The position numbers and the translations under genes were made by a program. The notes below the pieces were generated by a model. It was given only the letters and a program-made list of their open reading frames with translations, did not search any database and was not told the DNA's origin. Source: Takakia lepidozioides (Eukaryota; Plantae; Bryophyta). Taken from it: a stretch of 64,000 nt of DNA. Positions 12,241-24,870 of this stretch are shown here, in pieces; position 1 is the first letter of the stretch; the number at the start of each line of letters is the position of its first letter. The stretch spans positions 43,958,001 to 44,022,000 of the forward strand of contig CM060734.1 of assembly GCA_030704615.1 (NCBI GenBank), in the 5' to 3' direction.

Positions 12241-13135
12241 CTATGTTTGGGGGGGGGGGGGGGTTAGCAATGCCCCAGCGACCTCCAACCGCCGCGATTA
12301 GTGACGGAAATACTCTACGGGCCCGGGGCGTGCCGGAGGCATTTTGCGACGTCGGGAAGTCGCAGAGACGTCGCTCCCGGAACGTCGCTAATTAGTGTCG
12401 TCGGGGAATCGCAAACCCCCCGGATGCCCCGGCCGCGGCGCCGGCGTGACTTGCGACGTCCGGGCATCGCGAAAAAATAAAATAAAATAAATAAATAAAT
12501 AAATTCTGCGACGTCGCATTAGGGACGTCCGGGGGTCGTAAATGCGACCCCCAGACGTCACAATAGGAGGGTACATTTGAATTTAGGTGGGAAAATTTGA
12601 ATTTGAATTTTGAATTTCAAAAACTAGTTGACCATTGACTCAGCGTTGACCATTGACTCCGGTTTTATCCAATGGCAGTTCATGCATTGTTCTACATATA
12701 TTAGGCAATGCATATTTGAACCTAGGACCTCCACATTATAACATTTCTAAGACACTGCACACTAACCAACAAATCTACAATACATCTATGTATCACAAAA
12801 GCAGTTCAAGTATATATATACATATCAAGAGTTAGCTCCTAGTGACTACCACAATCCTATCATTGTCCCCATTGCTCTCCTCCTCACCACTGTCATCAGA
12901 GGATTCTTCCTCCGTTGGTGGCTCCTCGCTTCCAGAACCCTCCTCCGCCTCCCCATCCACATAGGGCTGTACCCGACCGCGTTGCAAAGCCGTCTTTCTT
13001 TGCGCTGGCCATTCTGCCATTTGAGACACTCTTGTCCATTGCTCCTCTGCTTGAGCATTGGCTACCACCACCGCATAGGGAGGAAGAATGTAGTTTTTTT
13101 CCGGAGTGTGTATCTGTGCAAGTCGCTCCTCAAGC

Positions 13136-14510
13136 GTAAGTTGAATTCTGCAAGTTAGCTGGTTGAGTAAACCTTTGTAGTTTGGAGTGACTTTGACATG
13201 ATAAGTACTGCCAATGTGACAACAGGAAAGAATCCAGAAAGAGGTAACGGAGACCACAAGAAGCTATGAAATGAATATTTTTCTGACCCTAGTCAACGGT
13301 GGGACAATCAAGGCAAAAAGGTGAATGCCTGTTGGATTATAGAGAGTAGAAGATGCAATTGAGCATAGGAACTAGTGTGATAAGTTGAGTTGCCTAGGTG
13401 TTTCCTAGAACAATTTGAGGCTTTCATTGTCAGCTGCTAGCAGCAAGGCAAGGGTGAATGCATTATTTGGGCAGAGGCATGGATAGCTGAAGGAGTAGGG
13501 ATAGAGTGTGGGTCCAGATTCATCGAAGAGGGCCGGACTTCAAACTCCAGATTACCTACAATTCCCTGTGGATCAATAGTTACTAGCAACCTGCATGGGT
13601 AGATGGTCAATTGGAAGCTGCAGCAGCAGCGGCGGAATTGATAAAATCAGGCACTGCTAATAAAGTCACCTTCTTCAACACATTTCACCTTGTTTTTCCT
13701 ATCAGAATCGATCCTAAGTTTCGATGTTGAATTCTGCAAGTTAGCTGGTTGAGTGAACCTTTGATAGTTTGGAGTGACGTTGACATGATACTGCCAATGT
13801 GACAACAGGAAAGTATCCAGAAACATAGAACAGAGATGAGGAAATGCTGTGGAATGCATACTTTTCTTATCCAGTCAATGGTGGGACAATCGAGGCAAGA
13901 AGGTGAATGTCTGTTTGATTATAGAGAGTATCAGATGCAATTGAGCATAGGAACAAGTGTGATAAGTTGAGTTGGGTGTTTCCTAAAACAAATCTAGGCT
14001 GTCATCGTCAGCTGTTAGCAGTAAGGCAAGGATGTATGCATGATTTGTGCATAGGCATGGATAGTTGAAGGAGCAGGGATAGAGTGTGGGTCCAGATTCA
14101 TCCAAGAGGGCCAGAAAGAGGTCCATGGTGACATCGTCAAAGCTGGAATTGTACCGGATGTCATTTTGAACACTGCCCTGGTGGACGTATGCCAAATGTG
14201 GGTGCATTAAGGATGCGAAGGGAGTTTTCAACACTATGGCTGAACGAGATGTGGTGTCATGGAACGCGATGCTTGCAGGGTATGCACAACATGGACGTGG
14301 TATGGAGGCTTTGGAGACCTATGATCAAATGATGGGGGAAGGGGTGAAGCCTGACCACATCACGTTTTTGTGCATTTGCAATGCATGTGGAAGCTCGGCA
14401 GCTCTGGAAAAGGGCACAGAAGTCCATGGCAACATTGTCAGAGCTAGAATTTTACCAAATGTCATTCTGAACAATACCCTCGTGGACATGTACATGCAAA
14501 ATGTGGGTGC
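13136..14510 (+). pseudogene. Captured tandem PDF-motif units followed by PPR repeats
   Basis: Two related PDF units about 580 bp apart (13140-13720, and 13720-14113 truncated). PPR repeats follow (ERDVVSWNAMLAGYAQHGRGMEALETYDQMMGEGVKPDHITF). Confidence 0.8.
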
Positions 14511-15450
14511 ACCCTATCCTGCTGATTGGTTGTTGTGCTGGAACAGTAGCAAACGTAGAAAGACATATGCATTTTACATCTGTTGCTATCTTCAGTGCAT
14601 ATGTAGTGTCCTTTGCACTTTGTCAGACTATTGTTTGCAGAGGAGCCAGATTTTGGGACTCCGGTGCTATATTCAGTTTAAGAGAAGCTCTTACATCTAC
14701 TGTTGTCTTTAAGTGCATATGTTTTGTCCTTTGCACTTGCTGACTTTGTTCTTTCATATGATTCTTGCATGTGAATAAAGCATTCATTTGCAGAGTCATT
14801 TTTTGTCTCTTTGTTCTTCCCTTTGTTCTTCTCTTTGTTTTGTATTGAATAATACTAACCCTAATCTCTACTAACCCTAATGAGATAAGCATAGTCGTGA
14901 TTCTGACTGTCCAATACATTTAAAAGTTCAAAACAACCCCTCATATGACACCATGTGTCCACATATCAGCATGTCATAGTCAGGATCATGACTGCAAGAC
15001 CTCCTCAATACATGCCACGTGTCTACATATCAGGATGTTTGTAGTCAGGACAATGACCGTAAGACCTCTCATTATATGCCACGTGTCTAGATATTAGCAT
15101 GGTTGTAGTCAGGATGATGACTGCAGATCCTCCTCATGGTTATATTATGTGGCAGTTTCGGGAGACGCCATATGGCGCACATCCATAAAACCTCTTGGAC
15201 TTATTAAAAGAGACACGTGTACAGTTTGTAACAGCACACTAAGTCATGTATGGTAGAAGTACATATGACTACCACATGACAGTGAGATGTATCACTTGGT
15301 TCATCTGACTGCAGTCATCCATGACCGACCATACTGTACTCATTGTATTCACTTGGTTTACACGACTTAAAGTCATTGCAGTCATATGTACCATTTATGA
15401 CTACGGGATAGTCATATATACAGTCATATATACCGCGATCTGTTGTAGTG

Positions 15451-17042
15451 GTAGCCACTCGAACACCCCATACTCCTTTCTTGACAGACTTAAGATCTCG
15501 GAACCAATACTTCTTGTCGGTCATATGTTGCGATGCAGCTGTGTCTGCATACCATGCATCTTCACTTGTTGTGATGTGTGCGTAACAAGCTTGATTCTCC
15601 AAACTGAGTGGTATGAGTACTTGAGGATCCTTATCAAGCTTGTGTGACTGACTGAAAATAGATCCATCAAGAATCTGATCTATGATGACAAACACAAAAG
15701 AATCATCACTATCTTCACTCATATTGCTAGCCTCTCCAACCTTGTTAGCATCAATCTCATGTTCTACATTCGTATCAGTATTGGCCGATAATGGACGTTC
15801 GCTTTTGTCACGAACCTCAAGCTCTTTCTTTTGCTCAGGAACTTCATGATCAACAACCATGAATGCATCTGCTTCTGTCACACAACTAGCCTAACTTCTG
15901 CCACTCTGACCTCTCTCATTCTTCTTAGAATGTGGACATTCTTTGTACCAATGTCCTTCCTCACTACAACCATGACAGATTGTTTTCTTCTTCAACTTAG
16001 TGATTCTTTGCGCTCTCTCCTTACATTGCTTTGGTGTGAGGTTTTTCTTCTAGTTCTGTTTTCCACTACCACCATATTTCCCACCAAAGAATGCCTTGTC
16101 TCTCTCCTAGTCAGAGAATGACTGATCATCTGCTCTGCTCTTGATTGCTGTCTCTCTCGTTATAAGTCTAGCAAGAAATGATTTCAATGTTTGCTCTGCA
16201 GCAGGTACACTGTCCCAGGCTAGCAACAATGGATCATAACTGGGTGGTAATCCGACCTTAATCTTGGTAAGCAATTGTCTCTCACTAATGCTCTCTCCTA
16301 GGTCGTTTAACTTTCTTCTTAGAGCGGAGATGGTACTGGTGTACGAAGCAAAGCTATCCTACTCTTGCATATGGCACTTATAAAATTGCTCTTGCAAGTG
16401 TGTAATGTTCTCTTATGCCGTCTGGTTGTGTATCATGCTTAGAGTTCCCCACATATCAGCAGCTGTAGTACAATTAATAAGCTGCTCCATATGAACTTTG
16501 TCGATGGACTGCAGGATGCTTACCGTAGCCACTTTATCACGCTTCTACCATGCAGCTTTGTCGGTTGCCGCACTCAACGTCTTGTCCTTTCCACGATTGA
16601 CCATAGCTCTCTGGCCTGGAAGATGAACTGCATGTGGAATTTCCACAGATGATAATTTTCTCCATTGAATTTCTCCACAGCGGCGATTTCCTTCACCTCT
16701 TCCTTGTTATTCATGTTGAGTTGTCTAGTTCTATAGCATCTATAACTTTAAGATGTCTACACGGTGTTGCAAGAATCTGAAACAACCTCAATCAATATTC
16801 CTTTGAAAACCAAGAAAGTACGAGAAATAAAAAAATCTACATCATCTACACTGTTGAGACTCTTACTATGCTCAGTAAAACGAAAACTCAACACTAAATC
16901 TGTAGCTCAGTCGCACGACCAGCCTCAGCGCCTGCTCAGTTTATTCCTCAAAAATAAACTACTATCCTTTCAGACTGTTTGTAGAAATCTACGTTCCTTT
17001 CAACGGATCACTTGTCAAAGTACCGTGTGTGGGCCCATAACC
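15451..17042 (-). mobile_element. Ty1/copia internal region: PBS, gag, zinc knuckle, protease (decayed)
   Basis: PBS GGTTATGGGCCC directly after the LTR. gag-like TAADMWGTL...GLPPSYDPL, CCHC knuckle CHGCSEEGHWYKECP and protease WYADTAASQHMT. Internal stops present. Confidence 0.9.
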
Positions 17043-17319
17043 TGTTGAACGTAAATGAATACTCACTAGAATAGAAAGGAAGAACAGTTGACCAGTTGTA
17101 AGAAACGGAGCAACGACATGCTCAAAAGATGCTCATACAAGGTTACAAGATAGAGAGTACACACGAGCATATATCTAACTACACCAGATCAGAGAGATGC
17201 CATAGCCAGTTAGGCGGGAACACACTTAGGCGGGAAACAGTTTGAATCCTATGATCTGGCATACTAATTCATCTATGTATCCAGCGAATCATTCATCGTA
17301 TACACAATGAAATTCAACA
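17043..17319 (-). mobile_element. Copia 5' LTR (277 bp)
   Basis: TGTTGAA...TTCAACA termini, adjacent to the PBS. Interrupts the STP coding sequence after ...IFLFFVG. Confidence 0.85.
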
Positions 17320-19441
17320 CCCGACAAAAAACAGGAAAATAGCCCACTTCATTGCACATAGCATGGAGAGGAAAGATTGGGCTATCACAAAAGTGAAAAA
17401 GAAATTAACAGAGACAGTGATGCCCTGCCTAGCCGACCGTGTCTCTAGGGGGAAGATTTCACTGGCAATGAGCCAACCCAGTGGTCCCCAAGACCATGCA
17501 AACGAGGAAACAAACACACACACTAATACCACCAATACAATTGCCATTGAGTGTGGTAGCTGTTGTCCATCTTTCAACGCAAACGCCATGATGATGCCGA
17601 TAGCAACTTGCGGTGCACAATTCAACGCAACTGATGTTAGATTGTTTCAGATCTCCTCAAATGACATACACAATGTCCAATTTAAGACCTTGTTTTGCAT
17701 CTTCCATGGGCACGATATATACTACAAATCCTCGGTTTTGAAATTTCTAGGTACTACCTAGCTGTGAATTCTATGCAATGTATGTATATGCAATGTACAT
17801 ATTTAACTTTTAACTAAGTTGGGTGCGTAGATGTTGTACCTGTGCAACGAACATTTGGAAACCAGCCTCCAAGAGCAATATTCTACGGCCCCACATGTCA
17901 ACAGACGAAAGTGGCGACCACATTGACTACTCCAGTGATAGCAGCTGAATAGAAAGTAGCATCCGACTTGAAGCCCAACATTTGGAAAAGCACGGGTACA
18001 TAGAACATGATGGCGTTGATGCTTGTGAACTGTTGGAAAAATTGAAGCAGCATAGCTACCATCAGCTGAGGTTTGTTTTCCTTTAGGATTTTGGTGGTGA
18101 AGCGACATGGGAGTGTGACATCTTGAGTTGCAATCAATAGATCATGAAACTTTATGTCCACTGGCCTTGTTCCACGGATCTTTTGGAGAACCTGGCGTCC
18201 CTTACCGAGCATACCTCGCTGAACTAGGCTGTTGGGAGTCTCGGGAAGAACCAACCCACACATGGTCAGGAGAACCGTAGGGATCCCAGCTGTTGCCAAA
18301 GAAATCCTCCAGCCCCATGGCTCAACTCTTGCAATTGCATAGTTCACCAGATTAGCAAACAATATGCCTACTGTAATGGCAAGCTGGAATAAGATATTGA
18401 GACCTCCACGCCATTTTGCTGGCGCCATCTCCGAGAGGTACAAAGGCACAGCCTGCATACAACAAATTAGACATTTATAAAAGATCTTAGAACAACACCA
18501 ACTAATTTGAAAACGTCCAGTGAATTTACAGAGCCTAACACACAGCCCATCGAGGGGCCAATGCCAATGGACGGTGGAAGGCACATGTTGAAGGATAGAA
18601 CCTAGGATCGATCAGGTTATGGACAGGCAAGGCACTAATACCCCACCACTCGGCTACTTGGGGCTTACCTCAAGTGCTCAATCTTGAAAATTCTCTTATA
18701 GAGCAAAGAATGGACATCTAGCTACATTTGTCCCGAAACTGAACTACCATAAGAAGTACCATAAGAGAAAAACACTAACCTGATCGGTGAACCCAACACC
18801 CCAACCAAGGAAAATCCTGCCGAAAATGAGTATCAGAACATCTTGAGCTGCAGCATCAAGAACTACTCATGCAATAAAGACTCTAGCTCCAATAAACATA
18901 GTTGGTCTGCGACCATATACACGAGTTGTCCACGAGGCGAAGTATGTGGAAACAAGGCCCGCAATGTACAGGGATGAGGTGAACGCCTGCAAATTTTGAT
19001 CGTTGTTGTATTTGCAGTAGTTGGTTTCAATGGCATGCCGTTCTTGGTACAGCACTTGGGGAAAGAATTTGGCCAAGAAATTTTCCATTGAGGTAACCCC
19101 ACCTGCCATAGACAATTGTGAGGACGGGTGGATATCATCCACGGTTTCCTAATATGTGATTTTGACAAGAAAGTTTGAATAAAGTTGTCTAAGTGGAAAT
19201 TCGTATCACTTTGAAAGCAAACCTAGCAACATTCATTGGTTTGCAAGAAGCCTACTGAGAGCTTGAGGGAGGCTTTCACTCGCATGAGGCGCTTGATAAA
19301 TTTAACCCAAGGGGTTACGAACATTAGACCACCCGAAGCTGCAAGCATGCACGTCAACACCACATAAAGGGTGATGCGACCGGTGTACTCATTGCTAAAT
19401 GATCTTCCCACATAAGGCATGGCCATCCTAACATGGGCCAT
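17320..19441 (-). pseudogene. Sugar transport protein (STP/hexose-H+ symporter, MFS) pseudogene
   Basis: Motifs LAASGGLMF, GGVTSMENFLAKFF, FTSSLYIAGL, AVPLYLSEMAPAKWRGGLNILFQL, QFFQQFTSINAIMFY and [22 protein letters not shown] across four exons. It has an in-frame stop, a frameshift, no GYD motif, and is cut at the 3' end by the copia. Confidence 0.92.
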
Positions 19442-20260
19442 CTTGTTGAGGAACAAAAAGAACAACCTACAATTATAAGTTGAAAAAATGCTTCACAAGG
19501 TTATTTATCAATATTGTGTATATCAACCTAAACTAGAAAGCATAGAGCTGCGGAGAGAAAAAACAAACTAAGCAAACAAGTGAGAAAGCAAACAAGAGAG
19601 AAGGGGAGACAAAACGTGGCAAAGTTGAAAGAGAGGTGCCTCTTATGCATTGGCATATTTGGCCGCATCTATAGAATTCATCCATCCAATCTATTCATCC
19701 ATCCGGTCTACTTTTTGGCCAAAGTGGATTTATCATCGGTCAAAGTTTGAAGCACAAATTTTTTAACTGTTGAACGTACCCATAGAAGAGGTCTGAATGG
19801 GACAAATGCGTACCAGTCTCGCAGCTGGCCTCCATTGCGAAAGGCCCTTGCCCCTCCTTCTCACCACGTTTGCCTTTGCTTTGCTTGTACCATCTAAACT
19901 TCTGAAGGTTATTTTGCTCATTGTTTTCGTGTACAGATCGAGAATACGTATGAGATGCTAACAAATACTGCACAAAATATTGCCAGGCCAAGTGTAAAAG
20001 CTCAGCTCGCATCACATCGCTTTGTGGAGGCTTTGCAACTTTGCTAGTGTCTCATCCCCAAGACCAGGCTGTCATGAACGCAATTAATAAGCATAATTAT
20101 GTTAAACATTTCAGTTATGTTAAGCACATGTCATTCGTACTTCAGTATTCAGATCTGGGGGCTTGGGTAGCTGATCACTCTGCATTTGAGTATTTGAGAG
20201 TCTTGGTGTGCGGCCCAGCTGTATTTGAAGTGTACGTAACTTGGTTTAATTTGGTGGGGG

Positions 20261-20534
20261 CAGTGATTTTTTTCTTAAATTTGAAAAATAGCACGAGTGT
20301 AGAAATAGCTATATATTCTGTTCATCCATTGAAAATTTGGATAGAATCATCCTCATATGTACTTTCATCCATTTATATCATCCATATTTGGCGAATTCAT
20401 CCATCTGTTTTTTTTTTCCTTGTAGAAGTTTGACGATTTCATCCATGAAAAAACAAGGAATTTATGACAGAATATTCCATTTTAATGTTTTGAGGTCGCC
20501 ATTTGGCGATTTTTCGCCAAGAAAAAAAACACTG
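20261..20534. mobile_element. hAT-like MITE, copy 1
   Basis: CAGTG...CACTG ends, 8-bp TSD GGTGGGGG/TGTGGGGG (7/8 match). Inverted homolog of 35952-36221. Confidence 0.8.
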
Positions 20535-22589
20535 TGTGGGGGTAGTTGACGATGTGATGGATGCCAGTGTGAGAGCTACAGAACTTAGAAGATAGATCGA
20601 ACATGGGCAACACGTTTTGGTTGTACGTGGGCTTCTCAAGGATACTGCTGCAGGTTCCTACAGATTGTACGAAGGTAGGCGGGTACAACTTCAATGCTCC
20701 CTCAACTTTCCTTCGCTCTTCAGCTATCCCGGCATGTGGTATGAGTTTGAGGGGCAAGCAGTGTGTATTTTCGTATGTTCCTGGTACTTACAAAGAAATG
20801 TTTCCTGACCGCTGCAGGTTAACTAGAAGTCGAGGATGTGCGTATGCTTGGACTCTGTCGTGCATGAAGCTGGATTCTTCTATCACCATTGGGACTCAAA
20901 CCAGGCTCTGTGAGTTTCTCCCTCATTCTCAAATGCAAGTGATCACATTCTCTTTGTTTTGTAGAACTGTTCTAAAAGTTTGATCAATGGTCTAAAAAAG
21001 TGGAAGATCTGTCGCTCGTGCAAATGTTGCAATTTCTTTGAAAGTGTGGCCAAGCTTGCACAAAGCTTTGTAAAGCTGCAATCTGGTAATCTTGGAGTTG
21101 CACAATTGGCCTATGACAGAAAACATGAAAAGAAGGAAGGAAGGAATGAACATTAGGGTGAGATGTGTATGTAAGAGCATGTATGCGTCAAATGTGAGCG
21201 AATGTTCTACACAAGTCCTTGTAGGCTATGGCCAGGGACCTGGTTATGCTTGTCCATTCACATTGACAACTGATTTGAAGAAACCTATTTTTCCGGGCCG
21301 TCTTTCAGAGACAGTGTCATACAGTGAGGTCTGAGAGAGAGACCTTGAGCAACCGAAGCTGCTCTCAAGAGGGAGGTCTAATCTCATGATCGCGCGTTCC
21401 AGAGAGTTGTGGATGTTGCTGGGAGGTAAACTGATCGTTCTGAGGGAAGTATGAGCGTATATGCATGTAAGCTTGCTGCTCTTAAAAGAGGGAGGACGGA
21501 GCGCGAGTTCGAGAGAGACCTTCCGGCCATATACATATTGCTCAGAGGTGCGTGCTGATCCCTCTCCTGAAGGAAGTCTGAGCGCTAGAGGAAGACATGG
21601 AGCCTGTATATAGATATTTCCAGGAGGTAAGTTGATCTCATCAGAGACAGTTGTCTACAGGAAGCTAAAGCTCGAGAGAGACCTTCCTATGTATGATACT
21701 GTACTCAGTTATATGTAAGTTGATCTTACTGGTCCAAGCTCAAGGAGCTTATGTGACAAAGGAAAACATAAAAGCGACCACAGTGGGGCTTCCAACAACC
21801 AGCCACCATCGAAAATTACAATTTCACAGTATAGAGTCGATTTTCTAAGATGGAGAGCCTGATAATATGCAATAAACTATCTACGCCTGGAGTAGAGCTC
21901 ACGCTAAATCTAGGAAAACTATAGCCCAAACTTTGTGGTAGAGCTGCAGGCTCTGAAATAGAAAGGTCCAATCTCGAGTGGCCGTATTGCCCAGGAGTCG
22001 AGAGGTATGTCTGACAAAGAGACCTCTTAGATTACCTAGGCGTAAGCTGATATGAAAGAGAGCTGTTCTAAGAAGAGACACCTCCATGTACTGATAAGGG
22101 AAAGCAAGAGAAGCCTCGGTATAGCTACATATATTGCGCCGCCCGTCTTTCACTGGTGGGCCCTATGGTGCAAATTCACATTTTAGACAAGAGTATGAGT
22201 AAAGGACTGTGACACACTTTGATGAGTAAATGCTAGGAATGTACTAAATTACTCTTTGTCCTCAAAAGCACTAAAGTCCTCGAATGAATTCATTGCAGAT
22301 TTTGCGATGTGGAGACTCATCTTTGAAGCTCCATAGTCAGAGAAGAGCAAGCGCACTTGTCGCAGAGAAAGAGGCAAGCTCCTAGGAAAACTCAAATTAC
22401 TCGCCGGGCTCTTTTCTTTCTAGATAATCGTGTGGAGAGAATTAGGAGAGAATATACCTAGGAGAGTACTTTAGAAGGGGTCCGTAGCCTTGACTTCATA
22501 AGAGAAATCCAGTATACCAGAGTGCGTGGATGTTAGTGTAATCATTGTGAAGGTCTCTAAATGATCAGGACCTAGAGGCTTACGTGTTG

Positions 22590-24870
22590 AGAACGCCTTA
22601 CAATATATATGATGTATAACCACGAATATGTAGATCCCAAATTAAGTTCATAAGCAGCCTGCCAAACACATCTGCACGAGTGCTCACCCTTGGACGTGTT
22701 CGGGTGATGGTGACTTATACGCAAAGTCTGAAAAATCCGGAGCAGCTCCTGCTGTTGAGAGGGCTCGTACGATGAAGAACGACATGGATTTATTTAGTGT
22801 TGACAAATTAAGTCTATAAGCAGCCTGCCAAAAACATCTGCAGGAGCAGCCTTGGGTATTCGTGTGATGGTGACTTATACCCAAAGGTCTCAACAATCCG
22901 GACCAGCTCGTGGTGTGGAGCAGGGCTTGTACGATGAAGAACTACCTGGATATATTTAGTTTTGACAAATTAAGTCCATAATTAAGCAGCCTGCCCAAAA
23001 CATCTGCACGAGCAGCCTTGGGTGTTCGTGTGATGGTAACTACCCAAGGTCTCAAAATCTGGACCAGCTCCTGGTGTTGAGCAGGGCTTGTACGATGAAG
23101 AACACCTCGGGATATTTTTAGTTTTGACAAGTTAAGTCTATAAGCAGCGTGCCAAAAACATTTGCATGACCAGCCTTGCATGCTCCTGTGATGGTAACTA
23201 CCCAAGGTCTCAAACTCATGAGCCGGCTTAAGTGTTGAGAAGGGCTTACGGTACAATGAAGAATTAGGGTATATATATTATAATATCTAGGTTTGATAAA
23301 TTAAGTCTATCTACAACCTGCATGAGCAGCCTTGCGTGTTCGTGTGATGCCCAAGCTGGTCTCTAAATCAGGACTATTGGCTTACGTGTTGAGAAGGGCT
23401 TGTAACGATGAAGAACCAGGATATCTAGATTTAACAAACTAAACCAGTTGCTAACTGCAATGTGCAAAAAACATCTGCACTATCAGCCCGGGTGCAGTTT
23501 GTAGTGTGACGGTACCCAAGGCTCAAAATTTTGACGTGGCTTAAGTGTTGAGAAGGGTTTGTACGGTGAACCAGGATGTATAGATTTGACAGTTTAAGTC
23601 TACCTGACGTATGCACAAACCATCTGGACGAGCAGCCTTGCAGGGCTTCGTTCGTGTGATGGCGACTACACACTTTCCAAATCAGGTCGTTGGCAAAGTG
23701 TCGAGAAGGGCTTGTACGGTGAACCAGGATGTATAGATTTGACGGTTTAAGTCTACCTGACGTATGCAAAAACCATCTGGACGAGCAGCCTTGCAGGGCT
23801 TTGTTCGTGTGATGGCGACTACACACTTTCCAATCAGGTCGTGGCTAAGTGTTGAGAAGGGCTTGTACAGTGAACCAGGATGTATAGATCTGACAGTTTA
23901 AGTCTACCTGACGTATGCAAAAACCATCTGGACGAACAGCCTTGCAGGGCTTTGTTGGTGTGAGGGCGACTACACACTTTCCAATCAGGTCGTTGGCTTA
24001 AGTGTCAAGAAGGGCTTGTACGATGATGAACCAGGATGTATAGGTTTGACAGTAAGTCTACCTGACGTATGCAAAACCCATCTGGACGAGCAGCCTTGCA
24101 GGGCTTTGTTGGTGTGAGGGCGACTACACACTTTCCAAATCAGGTCGTTGGCTAAGTGTTGAGAAGGGCTTGTACGGTGAACCAGGATGTATAGATCTGA
24201 CAGTTTAAGTCTATCTGCATGCAAAAACCATCTGGACGAGCAGCCTTGCAGCGCTGTGTTCGTGTGATGGCGACTACACACTTTCCAAATCAGGTCGTTG
24301 GCTTAAGTGTCGAGAAGGGCTTGTACGATGAAGAACCAGGATGTATAGGTTTGTCCATTTGAGTCTCTTTGCATGCAACATGCAAAAACCATCTGGACGA
24401 GCAGCCGTGCAGCGCTGTGTTCGTGTGATGGTGACTACACACTTTCCAAATCAGGTCGTTGGCTTAGGTGTTGAAGGGCTTGTACAATGAAGAACCAGGA
24501 TGTATGGGTTTGAATTGTAAATATCTAAGTCTAGATAGATCATTTGCAACATCCAAAGACCATCTGCACGAGCTGCAGCCTTGCAGCGCCGTGTTCGTGT
24601 GATTGTGAGTACGCACGGTAGGTCTCCAAACAAGGAAATTGGCTTATGTGCTGAGAAGGGCTCGTACGATGAAGAACCAGAGTATCTAGTTTCAATAAAT
24701 TATTTAAATCTATCTGAAACCCACCAAAAACCTCTGCATGAGCAACCGTGCGTGTTCGTGGGCAGATGGTAACTACCCAAGGTCTCAAAATCAGGACGAA
24801 GCTTAGGTGTATCTAGAGCCAAGGCCTTGTACACTTTAATCTATAATCAGCCTGCCAAGAACATCATCTG
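22590..24870. repeat. Tandem satellite-like array, ~152-bp core unit, ~14-15 copies
   Basis: Anchor AAGGGCTTGTAC recurs near 22760, 22922, 23083, 23240, 23394, 23553, 23706, 23857, 24010, 24164, 24315, 24474 and 24656. Central units are the most similar to one another. Confidence 0.92.

Larger units (their letters stand above)
10089..15450. mobile_element. Complete non-autonomous Pack-CACTA element (5362 bp)
   Basis: 30-bp TIRs CACTACAACAGATCGCGGTATAT(C/A)TGACTG with one mismatch. 3-bp TSD GTA at 10086-10088 and 15451-15453. Subterminal GTCAT/ATGAC repeats. No transposase recognised inside. Confidence 0.95.

Noticed and set aside
8288-14712. Functional PPR genes
   Set aside because: They are short, frameshifted, rearranged and enclosed by CACTA termini; no E/DYW domain seen.
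22590-24870. Repeat ORFs (e.g. 23431-23826, 23985-24281) as a repeat protein or CRISPR
   Set aside because: Whole units repeat with no unique spacers, unit lengths shift the frame, and stops occur in all frames.
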